62,751 nt of DNA from the IMG/VR virus record IMGVR_UViG_3300018469_000176, positions 1 through 62,751 of that record. The stretch is one strand, 5' to 3'. Origin of the DNA: a virus (lineage: Duplodnaviria > Caudoviricetes). The notes below the pieces were generated by a model that saw nothing but the letters and a program-made list of their open reading frames with translations, was not told the DNA's origin and did not search any database. The position numbers were made by a program, and so were the translations under genes. Shown one piece after another: positions 46,229 to 55,805 of the stretch (position 1 is its first letter; each line of letters begins with the position of its first letter).

Positions 46229-46888
46229 TCAGGAGAACTGCATGGCGGCGGTCCGCGCGGCCCAGCCGGGGCCACCGTAGAGGTGGCGCACGGAGTAGCC
46301 GAGGACACCGTCGGTGTAGGCGGTGTAGGTGACGTCGCGGTTGATGCTGTCCACCCCGTCACTGATCTTGATGTTGCCCACCGAGGTCATCGTGACCCGG
46401 GGCAGGTCCATCGCCACGAAGATCGAGTCGGTGCCGGTGCCGTCCGTCCACAGGATCAGCATCCGCAGCGGAATCGTCGTCGGGCGCACGGGCTCCGTGA
46501 AGTTCAGCTCCGAGGTGGACACCGTCAGAATGGTGCCGCCCAGGTTGACCGTGTGGTAGCTCTCCAGGGTGATCCGCTTGGTCTCCTGCATGGAGAACTT
46601 CACCGTGACTTCGTTCTTCGTGATGTCGTTGCGGGTGGGCACCAGCTGGCCCACGGACATCGTCGGAACGGTCGCGATCTGCCGAGCCACGTCGATTCCC
46701 TGCGCCTTGTCCAAATAGCCGACGTCGACGTAGCCGGCGGGCAGCGCATTGAGCGCGTTCGCCGCACCGGCGCCGGTGGTCAGCGCGGTGGGCGGGTTGG
46801 TCGTCATCGGCGCCAGGAACACGTCGGCATCGAGGCTCTTGCGAATGAAGTCGGTGTTGCGCTGCTGAACGGACGTATACGTGACCAC
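46229..46888 (-). CDS. Major tail protein
   Basis: LPAGYVDVGYL..G, PTRNDIT; synteny. Confidence 0.8.
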   Translation of the reverse strand: MVTYTSVQQRNTDFIRKSLDADVFLAPMTTNPPTALTTGAGAANALNALPAGYVDVGYLDKAQGIDVARQIATVPTMSVGQLVPTRNDITKNEVTVKFSMQETKRITLESYHTVNLGGTILTVSTSELNFTEPVRPTTIPLRMLILWTDGTGTDSIFVAMDLPRVTMTSVGNIKISDGVDSINRDVTYTAYTDGVLGYSVRHLYGGPGWAARTAAMQFS

Positions 46889-46981
46889 AGTGGACCTCCG
46901 AAGGGAATTGCGTGATGTCCGGCGGACTCACCGGCCGGCTGTGCAAGGTGCAATTGCGGAGTGGCCTTGCGCTGTGACCGC

Positions 46982-47383
46982 TCAGGTGGTGCGCAGCCGC
47001 CGCATGGACAGCTGGTAAACAGCCACGACCAGGCGCAAGTCCTGGTCGGGGTAGGGGACGAGCTGCGGGGCCGCCATGCCGATCGTGTAGTCGATGCAGG
47101 CGATCCCGGTGTCGAGCGGGACCTCGGTGTGCGGGGCGGCCAGCACGAGCTGCCGAGCCCGTTCGGACAGCGACCACGCCCCGGGCCGGTCCACGGCGAA
47201 CACCGCCACCTCCACGTGGGCGTGGTCGGTCAGCCCGTCGTCGTCGCCGCCGACGCGGGTGAGCGCGATCAGCGGCGGCACCATGGTCACCGGGGTGGCG
47301 GTCACCAGGGTCACCCCCAGCGGGGCGAGTACCCCCCGGATGACCTGTTCGGCGTCGGGGTAGACCCCCAGCAGCTCGGTCAC
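46982..47383 (-). CDS. Tail terminator
   Basis: YPDAEQ, RVGGDDDG; synteny. Confidence 0.75.
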   Translation of the reverse strand: MTELLGVYPDAEQVIRGVLAPLGVTLVTATPVTMVPPLIALTRVGGDDDGLTDHAHVEVAVFAVDRPGAWSLSERARQLVLAAPHTEVPLDTGIACIDYTIGMAAPQLVPYPDQDLRLVVAVYQLSMRRLRTT

Positions 47384-48162
47384 ACCACCCGCCTCCTCGT
47401 GGTGGCGCCCTGCAGGCCCGCGACGGGGCGGACCCCGACCTGGCCCTGCAGCTGCCGGCGGCGGCGCTGGCGGCGCAGTCGCGTGTCGCGGGTGTCGTTC
47501 GGGGCGCCCTCCGGTGGGGGCTGGGTGCCGGCGGCCGGTGGGGGCGCGCCGCCGGCATAGGTGCTGACGGCACCACCGACTGCCGCGCCGCCGAGCACGG
47601 ACAGTCCTCCCAGCCCACCGACGCCGGCACCCAGGTTGTAGCCGCCGCGCGGGCTCAGGAACCGGCGCAGCGAGGGACGGGTGGGCAGGTAGAACGCGGC
47701 CCGGAACGGGCTCGACCCGGGCAAGATCCGGCGCACCAGCCAGCCCGCGGTGTAGCGACCTCGGTTGCGCCGCACCACCCGCCGGTTCAGCCCCGAGCTC
47801 GCCGCCCGCGGGATCCGCCCCGGGCCGAAGCTCCGCGTCCGGGTCGGGTGGGTCTCGGTGGGGGCGTTCACCGCGTCCGCGGACCGGCCCAGGGTGTGAT
47901 AGCCGTAGTCGAGCTCCACCCGAGTGGCGTAGGGCAGCGTGGAGGCCACCGCGAAGGCGACCCGGCCGTTGCTCTCGTACGGCCCGGTGATCTCGATCGA
48001 GCTGCGGTACAGCCCGGGGTGCTCGTCCTCGAACGCGCCGCCCACCGGGGCGATCCGCTGGGCGTGCGCCTTGAGCTGCTCGGCCTTGCGCAACGCGACC
48101 ACGGCCGCCTCCGGGCCGCGCAGCCAGCCCTCGGCCCCGTGCATGTCCGGGTCGTAGCGCAT
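47380..48162 (-). CDS. HK97 gp10-like neck protein with Arg-rich extension
   Basis: AQRIAPV..GLYRSSI...YATRVE; GAGGAGG RBS. Confidence 0.65.
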   Translation of the reverse strand: MRYDPDMHGAEGWLRGPEAAVVALRKAEQLKAHAQRIAPVGGAFEDEHPGLYRSSIEITGPYESNGRVAFAVASTLPYATRVELDYGYHTLGRSADAVNAPTETHPTRTRSFGPGRIPRAASSGLNRRVVRRNRGRYTAGWLVRRILPGSSPFRAAFYLPTRPSLRRFLSPRGGYNLGAGVGGLGGLSVLGGAAVGGAVSTYAGGAPPPAAGTQPPPEGAPNDTRDTRLRRQRRRRQLQGQVGVRPVAGLQGATTRRRVV

Positions 48163-48179
48163 CGGTAGCCTCCTCGGGC

Positions 48180-48401
48180 ATGGCGGAACCACGGGGAACA
48201 CGGGGCACGTACGTCGGGATCCTGGCGGTGGCCGAGGGGGCGCTGCGGCACCTGCACCGCGAGCTCGGGCACCCCGAGTCGGACCCGGTGACCCTGGAGG
48301 CCGAGGCGATGGCGCTGATCAACGGGCTCTACGGGGCGGGCTGGTACCTGCACCGCATGCCCGAGCTCGAAATGATCGAGATCACCCGGTCGCCCGAATG
48401 A
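48180..48401 (+). CDS. Small opposite-strand gene within neck operon
   Basis: Fills the gap between two minus-strand genes; 73 aa, protein-like composition. Confidence 0.5.
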   Translation: MAEPRGTRGTYVGILAVAEGALRHLHRELGHPESDPVTLEAEAMALINGLYGAGWYLHRMPELEMIEITRSPE

Positions 48402-48723
48402 GCGCGAACCGGTGCGCCGGGGCCCAGCCGGTGAACGGGGACTGGTAGGTCCGGGCGTCGCCGTCGACGTTCCACTTGGTCCCGTCGGGCAGCTCGACGA
48501 GGTCCGAGGGGATCACGTCGGAGCCGGGTGGGGCGTGCACCCACAGCCGGGTGACCACGGTCTCGCGGGCGCCGCCCTCGGTGGTCTCCACCGTGGAGCG
48601 GCGGGTCACCGCGCAGCCCGGCACCGGGTGCCGAGAGGTGGCGGTGAAGTCGCCGTAGTCGTCGCGGGTGCGCCGGATCACGGTCAGCGTCTGCCCGTGC
48701 GTGAACGGGGCCCCGGGGCTCAC
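48382..48723 (-). CDS. Head closure / stopper protein
   Basis: DDYGD, D.V.LPDG..W.VDG; synteny. Confidence 0.8.
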   Translation of the reverse strand: MSPGAPFTHGQTLTVIRRTRDDYGDFTATSRHPVPGCAVTRRSTVETTEGGARETVVTRLWVHAPPGSDVIPSDLVELPDGTKWNVDGDARTYQSPFTGWAPAHRFALIRATG

Positions 48724-49349
48724 GAGTGCAGCTCGATGCTGCGCCGCCCGCTGAACCGGTAGGCGTTGAGCACGGTGCGGTCCGCGGCGCCCAGGGCGAG
48801 CGGGCCGGACGCCGGCTGGCGGTCCCCGGCGATCCGGTAGGAGTCGTCCCCGACGGTTTCCGCGGCCAGGTAGCCCCGCCCGGGGATGGTCTGGGTGCGG
48901 ACCACCATGCCGGCGACCACGGCCACGATGTCGGCCGGGATCTCCGCGTAGCCGTGGGTGTAGGTGACCTCGACCAGCTGCGACTCGCCGGCCAGGTCGT
49001 AGAGGCTCTCCGGCAGGTTGAGCACGTACTGGGCCGGGCCGCCGGACACCCAGATCCGGTCCTGGCCGTCCCAGAACCAGGTGGGCAGCGTGGTGCGGAC
49101 CCCACCGAGGCCGAGCGCCGCGATGGCCTCGACGGAGATCACCGGCCGGTTGGTGAGCGTCACCGCCTCCCCGACCGCGCGAAATACGTCTGTGCTCGAC
49201 GTCTGCGTGAAGTCGCGGCGGCAGTAGTTGCGCACCACCGCCGACGCATCTTCCAGCTGTGCCTGGACCTGTACGCGCTCGTCATCCACCACGGTGCGGG
49301 CGATGCGGGCCTCGACATCAGTGATCTGGGCCAGCGTAGAGAGGGCCAT
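48720..49349 (-). CDS. Head-to-tail adaptor
   Basis: LEDASAVVRNYC, VTYTHGY..IPADI. Confidence 0.8.
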   Translation of the reverse strand: MALSTLAQITDVEARIARTVVDDERVQVQAQLEDASAVVRNYCRRDFTQTSSTDVFRAVGEAVTLTNRPVISVEAIAALGLGGVRTTLPTWFWDGQDRIWVSGGPAQYVLNLPESLYDLAGESQLVEVTYTHGYAEIPADIVAVVAGMVVRTQTIPGRGYLAAETVGDDSYRIAGDRQPASGPLALGAADRTVLNAYRFSGRRSIELHS

Positions 49350-50349
49350 TGCGTCCCACCTCCTCGGCGAGGTCACACCAGCGGTTCATGTCCGCGATCG
49401 GGTCCTGGCGGGCGGCCACCTTGCGCGCGGCATGGCTGGCGATGTTGAACCCGCGGGAGCTGCGCAGGTAGCGGATGGCCGTGACCCAGCCCTCCGGGTC
49501 GTCGCGGTCGACGAACGTGCCCGCGTCGCCGAGGGCCTCGCGCAGCCCAGGGGTGGGGTGCGCGATCGTCGGGATGCCCGAGCAGGCGGCCTCGACCGCG
49601 GTGCGGCCGTAGCTCTCGTACTTGCTGGGCATCAGCAGGATCTTGGTCCGGGCGTAGACCAGGGCCGCCATGTCCGAGGCCGGGACGTGTTCTTGCACGG
49701 TCACGTTGGGCAGCGCGTGGATCTCCTGCTCGCCGTAGCCGCCCTTGACCGCCAGGAACGGCACGTCGGGCAGCGCCTCGGCGAGCCACCAGAACAGCTT
49801 GGCGCCCTTGTTCCCCCACATGTTGATCAGCGTGACGTGCTTGCCGGTGGCGGCGGTGGGGCTGGCGTACTCGGCCGGGATGACCGGCGGGTGCACCATG
49901 ATCGAGCACGGCGGGATGCCGCCGATGGCGTACTCGGCGAGGAAGTCCTCGTACTCGGCCTGCACCCAGTCGGCGTGGTAGGTGACCATGTCCGAGGGGC
50001 CGCGGGCGACCATCTCCATGGAGAAGTCGAAGGTGTTGTGGATCAGGTGGCAGAGCGGGATGCCATGCATCCGGCACAGGATCGCGGTGCGGACCGTGGA
50101 GTCGAGGTAGGTGATGACCAGGTCCGGGCGCCGGGCCGGGTCGCCGAACCACTGCAGCGGGTCGCTGGGCCCGTCGTAGGGGTAGACGTGGATCCCCTCG
50201 ATCTCGTACGGCAGCCCCTCCTGCACGGTCAGCGACACGTCCACCCGGTGCCCGCGCGCCGCCAGGTGGCGCAGCAGCGCGAACGCGGTCATCTCCGCCC
50301 CGGCGCAGTGCACCGGCGGGAACGCGTGGACCAGCACCAGGACTCGCAC
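49318..50349 (-). CDS. GT-B (family 4-like) glycosyltransferase
   Basis: HAFPP..AGAE, NKG, PSKYESYGRTAVEA (E-x7-E). Confidence 0.88.
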   Translation of the reverse strand: MRVLVLVHAFPPVHCAGAEMTAFALLRHLAARGHRVDVSLTVQEGLPYEIEGIHVYPYDGPSDPLQWFGDPARRPDLVITYLDSTVRTAILCRMHGIPLCHLIHNTFDFSMEMVARGPSDMVTYHADWVQAEYEDFLAEYAIGGIPPCSIMVHPPVIPAEYASPTAATGKHVTLINMWGNKGAKLFWWLAEALPDVPFLAVKGGYGEQEIHALPNVTVQEHVPASDMAALVYARTKILLMPSKYESYGRTAVEAACSGIPTIAHPTPGLREALGDAGTFVDRDDPEGWVTAIRYLRSSRGFNIASHAARKVAARQDPIADMNRWCDLAEEVGRNGPLYAGPDH

Positions 50350-50377
50350 CTTGTCAGTACCTTTCGAGTAGGGGGAT

Positions 50378-50460
50378 AGGACCCGCCGGGAGCGGAGCGC
50401 ACCATTCCCGGCGGGTCCTCCAACCGATTCAGCGGGGGACCATGAACCCCGGGAATCGGT
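50378..50460. terminator. Two hairpins after the capsid gene
   Basis: 14-bp AGGACCCGCCGGGA / TCCCGGCGGGTCCT and ACCGATTC / GAATCGGT. Confidence 0.6.
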
Positions 50461-51440
50461 CAGCTCTGCTGCCCCGCGGCGGCCCGGAGAACGCCGAACG
50501 GGAACCGCGTGGCCGCATTCGGCCGCAGCGACGTGACCGGGTTCGCGACCGCCCAGGCAAGGCGCATGGTAACGCGCATGGCCTGCCCATCGTTCTGCAT
50601 CGCATTCCACACCACAACGCCAGCGGCGTCGTTGATGATCCCCTGGTCGAACATTTTGAAGCTGATATCCTGTCGCATTCCGAGAAGTGCCATGGACCAA
50701 TCGCCCATGACCAGATCACACAGCGTGGAGTCCCAGGAACCGTTCAGAACCTCACTGGCCGGATAGCCGTAGAGGCTGCCGCCGGAACCATTCTGCATGT
50801 CCGGCTGGTAGATCGGCAGGCCCTGCGCGGACCGGGTCTGCATCAGCTTCCACTTGAATCCGGGCCGAGTCGCCCAGCCGGACACGTTGGTGATGCCCTC
50901 CTTGGTGACCTTCTCGGCGAGCACCGCCAGGTCGACCCCGATGTCCGCCGCCGTGCCGGTGGTGACCGTGTTACCTGCGGCGATGGCCGCCGGCACGATG
51001 CCCTGGGCCCAGGTGGCCGGGGCCCCGGTGCCGAACAGGCAGGCCTGGTCGATGGTCTTGCCGAACGCCTCGACGATCCTCGGCCGCAACTGATCCCAGA
51101 TGGGAAATGCCGCGTCCGCCAGGTACGAGTCGGGCACCGGAACCACAACCGCGATCTCCTCGACAATGAGGTTCACGCCGGTCCAGGCCTGCTTGGTGGT
51201 GCGCTTGAGGCCCATGTCCGGAATGGCCTGGGACACGAAGTAGGCGGTGGGCAACACGTCGAGCACGGGCTGCCGCAGGGTGGAGGTGCTCATGTGCACC
51301 TGCTTGGCCAACTTGAGCGTCGCGCACTCGTTGGGCAGCTTCTGGATGATCTCCAGAGCCAGCGGCTGGGGGACCAGGGGATCGGTCACCGAACCGGCAG
51401 CACCGGCCCGGAAAACGCCCTGGTCAAAGTTGGTCGCCAC
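50460..51440 (-). CDS. Major capsid protein (HK97 fold)
   Basis: 326 aa after scaffold; EEIAVVVPV, IDQACLFG, GDWS. Confidence 0.9.
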   Translation of the reverse strand: MATNFDQGVFRAGAAGSVTDPLVPQPLALEIIQKLPNECATLKLAKQVHMSTSTLRQPVLDVLPTAYFVSQAIPDMGLKRTTKQAWTGVNLIVEEIAVVVPVPDSYLADAAFPIWDQLRPRIVEAFGKTIDQACLFGTGAPATWAQGIVPAAIAAGNTVTTGTAADIGVDLAVLAEKVTKEGITNVSGWATRPGFKWKLMQTRSAQGLPIYQPDMQNGSGGSLYGYPASEVLNGSWDSTLCDLVMGDWSMALLGMRQDISFKMFDQGIINDAAGVVVWNAMQNDGQAMRVTMRLAWAVANPVTSLRPNAATRFPFGVLRAAAGQQS

Positions 51441-51519
51441 GGTGGACTCCTTCTATTCGGGGCAGCGGACAAAAGGGCCGGACCGTGGTGTACGTCCGGT
51501 CAGCTGCGGAATTGCGTGG

Positions 51520-52047
51520 TCATTGGAAACCCGCCATCCGCCGGATGAGGTCATCCGGTGTCTCGGGTGGCCGAGCGGTCGTGCGAGCGCCCTGGCGGAG
51601 GTTCGCCGGGCCTGCGGTACCCCCGGTCAGTTCGTCGAGGTCGTCCTTGAGCTGCTTGGCTTCGGCCTTGGCCTCGGCCTCGGTGGTCGCGGTCATCCGG
51701 GCGGCCCACTTGACCGGCAGCCCGGCGGTCTCCGCGGCGGCGGTGCGCAGGTCGCGCAGCTCGTAGCGGGCCAGCCTGTCGCTGGACTCCTTGAGCTGGG
51801 CGGCCAAGCGCTCCTCGTTGGTCTTGCTGGCCTCCTCGATCACCGCCAGCCGCTTGGCGGCGTCCGCGTTGGCCTTGGCCGCCGACTCGTGCTTGCGGGC
51901 CATCGCCTTCCACTTGGCGAGCTCGTCCTCGCGGTCGTCGGGGCCCGTGTCGGGCGGCGCGGCCGGTGGGGTGGCGGTCGTGTTCGTGGTCGGCGTGACC
52001 GGCGGGGTGCCCGGAGGCGGAGTGACGGTCTCGTTCGGTGTGGTCAT
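51520..52047 (-). CDS. Scaffolding protein
   Basis: KWKAMARKHE coiled coil preceding capsid. Confidence 0.85.
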   Translation of the reverse strand: MTTPNETVTPPPGTPPVTPTTNTTATPPAAPPDTGPDDREDELAKWKAMARKHESAAKANADAAKRLAVIEEASKTNEERLAAQLKESSDRLARYELRDLRTAAAETAGLPVKWAARMTATTEAEAKAEAKQLKDDLDELTGGTAGPANLRQGARTTARPPETPDDLIRRMAGFQ

Positions 52048-52126
52048 GAACAGCTCCCATGTCGGGGAATGGCGAAGGCCCCGCCGTGTCGGCAGGGCCT
52101 GTGGGGCTTTAGTGCGGATCGGACGG

Positions 52127-52768
52127 TCAGAAATGCAGGGCGGCGCGGGTCTTGGCGCCGACGATCCCGTCCGGGGTCAGCCCGGAGCGGCGCTGGAACT
52201 CGATCACCGCCGCGCGGGTCTGGTCGCCGAAGTAGTCGGTGCACGGCGACCAGCGGGCGTACGCCGGGAAGCGGCTGGTAAGCAGCTGCTGCAGCCGGAG
52301 CACCTCGGGACCGCGGCTGCCCTTCTGCAGCACCCCGGCACCGCCGCCACCGACCGCGGGCGGCCCGGCGGGTGGCGGCCCGCCGGGCCCGAGCACCCAG
52401 TCGGTGGTGGCCTCACACGCCGGCGAGGCGACCACGGACAGATGCAGGTGCTTGGTGTGCGGATTGGACCCGTGGTACGGCGCCCAGCCGCCCTGCCAGA
52501 TCCGCCGGTTCCAGATGATGTACTTGATCCTCGGGTCCCGGTTGCGGACCAGGGTGTCGGCCAGCCAGTTGCAGTCCAGCCCGCCGCCCGGATCGTGGGT
52601 GAAGTCCCGGGCCGTGACCGTGCTCCGATACCACGGATTGTGATCGGACGACCGCGAAGCGTGAGCGGCGTCGCCAACCCCTCCGTCGGAGGCCTTGGAC
52701 CGGTTCGGGGCGCGGGCGTTGAGCTGCTGGCGTAACTTCTCCAGCGCGGCGGCCATGTGCCAGGCCAT
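52127..52768 (-). CDS. Endolysin-like Zn peptidase (M15-like) with PG-binding domain
   Basis: SDHNP...ARD, HTKHLHLS; FQRRSGLTPDGIVGAKT. Confidence 0.85.
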   Translation of the reverse strand: MAWHMAAALEKLRQQLNARAPNRSKASDGGVGDAAHASRSSDHNPWYRSTVTARDFTHDPGGGLDCNWLADTLVRNRDPRIKYIIWNRRIWQGGWAPYHGSNPHTKHLHLSVVASPACEATTDWVLGPGGPPPAGPPAVGGGGAGVLQKGSRGPEVLRLQQLLTSRFPAYARWSPCTDYFGDQTRAAVIEFQRRSGLTPDGIVGAKTRAALHF

Positions 52769-53538
52769 CAGGTGCTCCTCTCCAGCAGCGGGCCGAGCTC
52801 GCCGTGCTGGGTGGTGGTGGCCTCGGCGGGTGCCGAGGTGTGCAGCAGGGGTTCCAGGTCGCAGCTGCACCGGTCGTGGATGGGCAGCAGCTGCTCGGCC
52901 GGGAAGGGGCCCAGCGCCTCGGTGCACAGCGGGCAGGACAGGTCGCCGCGGGTGACCCGGCGGTAGGCGGCCACCTCGGGCATGGCCACCAGCACCGCGC
53001 GAGCGGTGTGCGTCTTGGCCAGCTGCAGGTCGGTAAGCGCGATGGTCAGCGCCCGGTCCAGGCCCTTCTGCCGAGCCGTGGCCGGATCGTCGCCCTGCCC
53101 AAGCCGCCACCAGATCGTCGTGAACGGCCGCTGGTAGAGCTCGGACTGCTCCAACCCGTCGCGCAACACCGCCCCGACCACGGTCCGCGGGGGCACGGTC
53201 ACCTGGGTGCCCACCGGCTCGTTCGCGGTGGCCGAGATGACCTGGTGCAGATAGCTGGCGGTCATCACCGACATGGCGGTCTGAGCGCCGCGGGCCAGCG
53301 GCAGCAGGTACTGGACGAACTTCTCGGCCTCGGGGCGGTTGTAGGGCGCGAGCGTGCCCCACAGCCCCACGATCGAGCGGGTCACGGTCGCGCGCAGCCG
53401 CGCCTGGGCCACCAGGTTCTGCTGGGTCAGCGCGACCGGGTCGAGCTCGGTCCACATCCGGGCGAGCGCCTCGTCCGGGCCGCCCCCGGGTCTCGACCGC
53501 GGACCCGGCTGGTACTCCCGCGGGTCCGGGGCGCTCAC
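52768..53538 (-). CDS. MuF-like minor head protein
   Basis: YRRV...SCPLC...PIHDRCSC after portal. Confidence 0.75.
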   Translation of the reverse strand: MSAPDPREYQPGPRSRPGGGPDEALARMWTELDPVALTQQNLVAQARLRATVTRSIVGLWGTLAPYNRPEAEKFVQYLLPLARGAQTAMSVMTASYLHQVISATANEPVGTQVTVPPRTVVGAVLRDGLEQSELYQRPFTTIWWRLGQGDDPATARQKGLDRALTIALTDLQLAKTHTARAVLVAMPEVAAYRRVTRGDLSCPLCTEALGPFPAEQLLPIHDRCSCDLEPLLHTSAPAEATTTQHGELGPLLERST

Positions 53539-55118
53539 TTCTTCGGCCCGACGTTCTTGGCGCTGGTCTTGCGGACCGGCTTGGTGGACTGCTGACCGGC
53601 GGCCGGTCCGGCCTTGGCCGGGGACCCGCTGGCCGGCTCGGTGACGACGTCCGGGGACGGCGCCGGCGACGCCGATCCCGCGGCGCCCGGCAGGACGTTG
53701 GTCTCGGTGTAGGTGACGCCGCGGTTGGTGGAGATCAGGCCGCCCTCGGCCACGGACAGCGGCGCGAGGATCGAGGACAGCATCGCGTCGTGGACCCGCT
53801 CGGCCTCCATCCGCTCGACCTCGCCCGGGGTCATGCCCAGCCCGCGCATGCGGGTGCGCCACGGCACGCCGGCGGTCATCTGCTGCACCGCGGCGGCGGA
53901 CATCTCCAGCGAGCTGCGGAACTGGGGGTCGCGCCAGATGACCTCACAGTCCGAGGCGACCTTGGTGCCGATCATGTCGCCGACCAGCTTGTAGACGGTC
54001 TCCCAGCTGTTGCCGAACTCCTGCTCCCGCTCCTCGATCTTGGACACCAGGCCGGTCTCGGTGAGCGCCAGCGCGTTGCCGCTGACGTTGACGATGCCGG
54101 CCAACAAGTAGCTGGGCGGGGTCCGGGTGATCGCGGCCAGGTACTGCACGTCGGACTCCACGGCCTTGATCACCGGCGTGACGTCGGTGATCTCGAAGCT
54201 CCCAAACTTGGCGTCCGGGTTGGGGACGTTCCACAGCAGGTCCGCGCCCGGGTCGAAGTCGTCGGCGGGCTGCCCCTTCTCGTCGGTCAGGTCCACGCCG
54301 GTGGCCCACCGCTGCCGGTAGGCCTGCATCGCCGAGATGACCATCCGGTCCAAGATCGTCGAGTTGATGCGGTCGAGAATGTCGATCACGTCTTCGAACT
54401 CGCCGAGGCCGCCACCGGACATGTCGGGGCGGTTCACGAACGGCACCACCGGCACCGCTTGCATGTCGTTGCTGGCGACCCCGCCGGGGAACTCGGACTC
54501 GTCGACCTGCCACACCTGCGCGGCCCACAGCTCGGTCGAGGCCTCCTTGGACCGGCCGGGCACGGTCCGGTAGTAGAAGATCGCCTCCGGCAGGTAGAGC
54601 ACCGCAAGCTGGGCGTCCTCGACGTCGTCCCACCACGTCTTGAGCGCGGCGCGGACGTCGCGGCGGTTCTCCGGGGCGGCCTCGTGAATGACCTGCCGCG
54701 GGTCCTCCGGGGTGATCAGGGGGTCGCCCTCGTCGTTGCGGCCGACGATGACGTAGGCCCGGCTCATCACCACCGCGGCGCGGTGCACCAGCCCGGCGTC
54801 GGCGTCCAGGTTGTTGTCCTGCCACCATTCCCAGGCGTCCTTGTCAGCCTCGTCGGTGGCGTCCCCGCCGGCCCGGAACCCGACGATTTTCATGCGCTCC
54901 AGAACGGTCTCGGCGAGCAGCAGGCCGAAGTTCGTCCGGGACATCTTCTGGTGTCGCCGGTAGGCCTCCCGCATTTTCCGGTTGCCATGCGGAACGGGCG
55001 GGGTACCCCTCCAGTAGAGGTCCAGCAGGTCGAAGCGGCGTATTTCCGCCTGCAATTTCTTGCCGAGTCGAAGTAACCACCAGTCGGGCGACCCGGGGGT
55101 CGGTGTGTAATCCAACAC
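53535..55118 (-). CDS. Portal protein (SPP1-like)
   Basis: NFGLL..., W.DN.LD, VPVVPFVN, AYRQRWATG. Confidence 0.9.
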   Translation of the reverse strand: MLDYTPTPGSPDWWLLRLGKKLQAEIRRFDLLDLYWRGTPPVPHGNRKMREAYRRHQKMSRTNFGLLLAETVLERMKIVGFRAGGDATDEADKDAWEWWQDNNLDADAGLVHRAAVVMSRAYVIVGRNDEGDPLITPEDPRQVIHEAAPENRRDVRAALKTWWDDVEDAQLAVLYLPEAIFYYRTVPGRSKEASTELWAAQVWQVDESEFPGGVASNDMQAVPVVPFVNRPDMSGGGLGEFEDVIDILDRINSTILDRMVISAMQAYRQRWATGVDLTDEKGQPADDFDPGADLLWNVPNPDAKFGSFEITDVTPVIKAVESDVQYLAAITRTPPSYLLAGIVNVSGNALALTETGLVSKIEEREQEFGNSWETVYKLVGDMIGTKVASDCEVIWRDPQFRSSLEMSAAAVQQMTAGVPWRTRMRGLGMTPGEVERMEAERVHDAMLSSILAPLSVAEGGLISTNRGVTYTETNVLPGAAGSASPAPSPDVVTEPASGSPAKAGPAAGQQSTKPVRKTSAKNVGPKK

Positions 55119-55141
55119 CCTGGGCTCCTATACTGTGGGGG

Positions 55142-55351
55142 GTGAGCACCCCGAATAAATGTTCACCCGAGGTCTACTATTTCGCGGTCAAACGGGTCAT
55201 CGCCATTTTCGAGTGCCCGGATTGTGGGGTACCGGCGGGCACGTTCTGCGCCTATCCGCGGCCCCGGGTGGATCGAACCTGCCCGGGCCGGATCCCGATC
55301 AACTTCTCCCCGCGCGACATGGTCCAGTTGGACGGGCTGACCTGGGACTGA
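55142..55351 (+). CDS. Small Zn-finger protein, leaderless
   Basis: TATACT 7 nt before GTG; CPDC...C...C. Confidence 0.55.
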   Translation: MSTPNKCSPEVYYFAVKRVIAIFECPDCGVPAGTFCAYPRPRVDRTCPGRIPINFSPRDMVQLDGLTWD

Positions 55352-55372
55352 ATCGCCGGTAGCCTCTGCGAC

Positions 55373-55552
55373 ATGGCGGCGGACGACTGCGGCGACTTTG
55401 TCGACGGCGAATGGTGTGAGCTGCTCGAACGCTACGACGAACGGGTCCGGGAGATCATCGTCGAGCAGCTCGACGAGGACATCCGGGCGGGCTGGCAGGA
55501 CCGGGAACGGGCGCTGTTGCGCCTGCACGGGCTGTTCGGGTCCTACCGGTGA
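55373..55552 (+). CDS. Small acidic protein, leaderless
   Basis: TAGCCT 7 nt before ATG; 59 aa; not in ORF track. Confidence 0.55.
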   Translation: MAADDCGDFVDGEWCELLERYDERVREIIVEQLDEDIRAGWQDRERALLRLHGLFGSYR

Positions 55553-55764
55553 CCGAGCCGGCCGGCGACGAGCGCCGCTGGTACATCGGCCTGTTCGGCG
55601 GCATGCGGATGTCGGTGGCGCTGGGCCCGGGAACCTTCCGGGTGCCCCCGGGCCAGCCGCTGCCACTGGACGATCAGACCCTGCTCTACCCGGTGTCCCA
55701 GGACATCGCGACCGAGTGGGGCTCCACGGACGGCGAGGCCTGGGACCCGGAGCAGGCCGAGTGA
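55549..55764 (+). CDS. Small hypothetical protein
   Basis: GTGA overlap. Confidence 0.55.
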   Translation: MTEPAGDERRWYIGLFGGMRMSVALGPGTFRVPPGQPLPLDDQTLLYPVSQDIATEWGSTDGEAWDPEQAE

Positions 55765-55796
55765 TCTACAAGCCTTGCAGCAACTTGTAGATCACT
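55760..55796. terminator. 13-bp inverted repeat between convergent genes
   Basis: AGTGATCTACAAG / CTTGTAGATCACT. Confidence 0.55.
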
Positions 55797-55805
55797 TGTA
55801 GCAGG

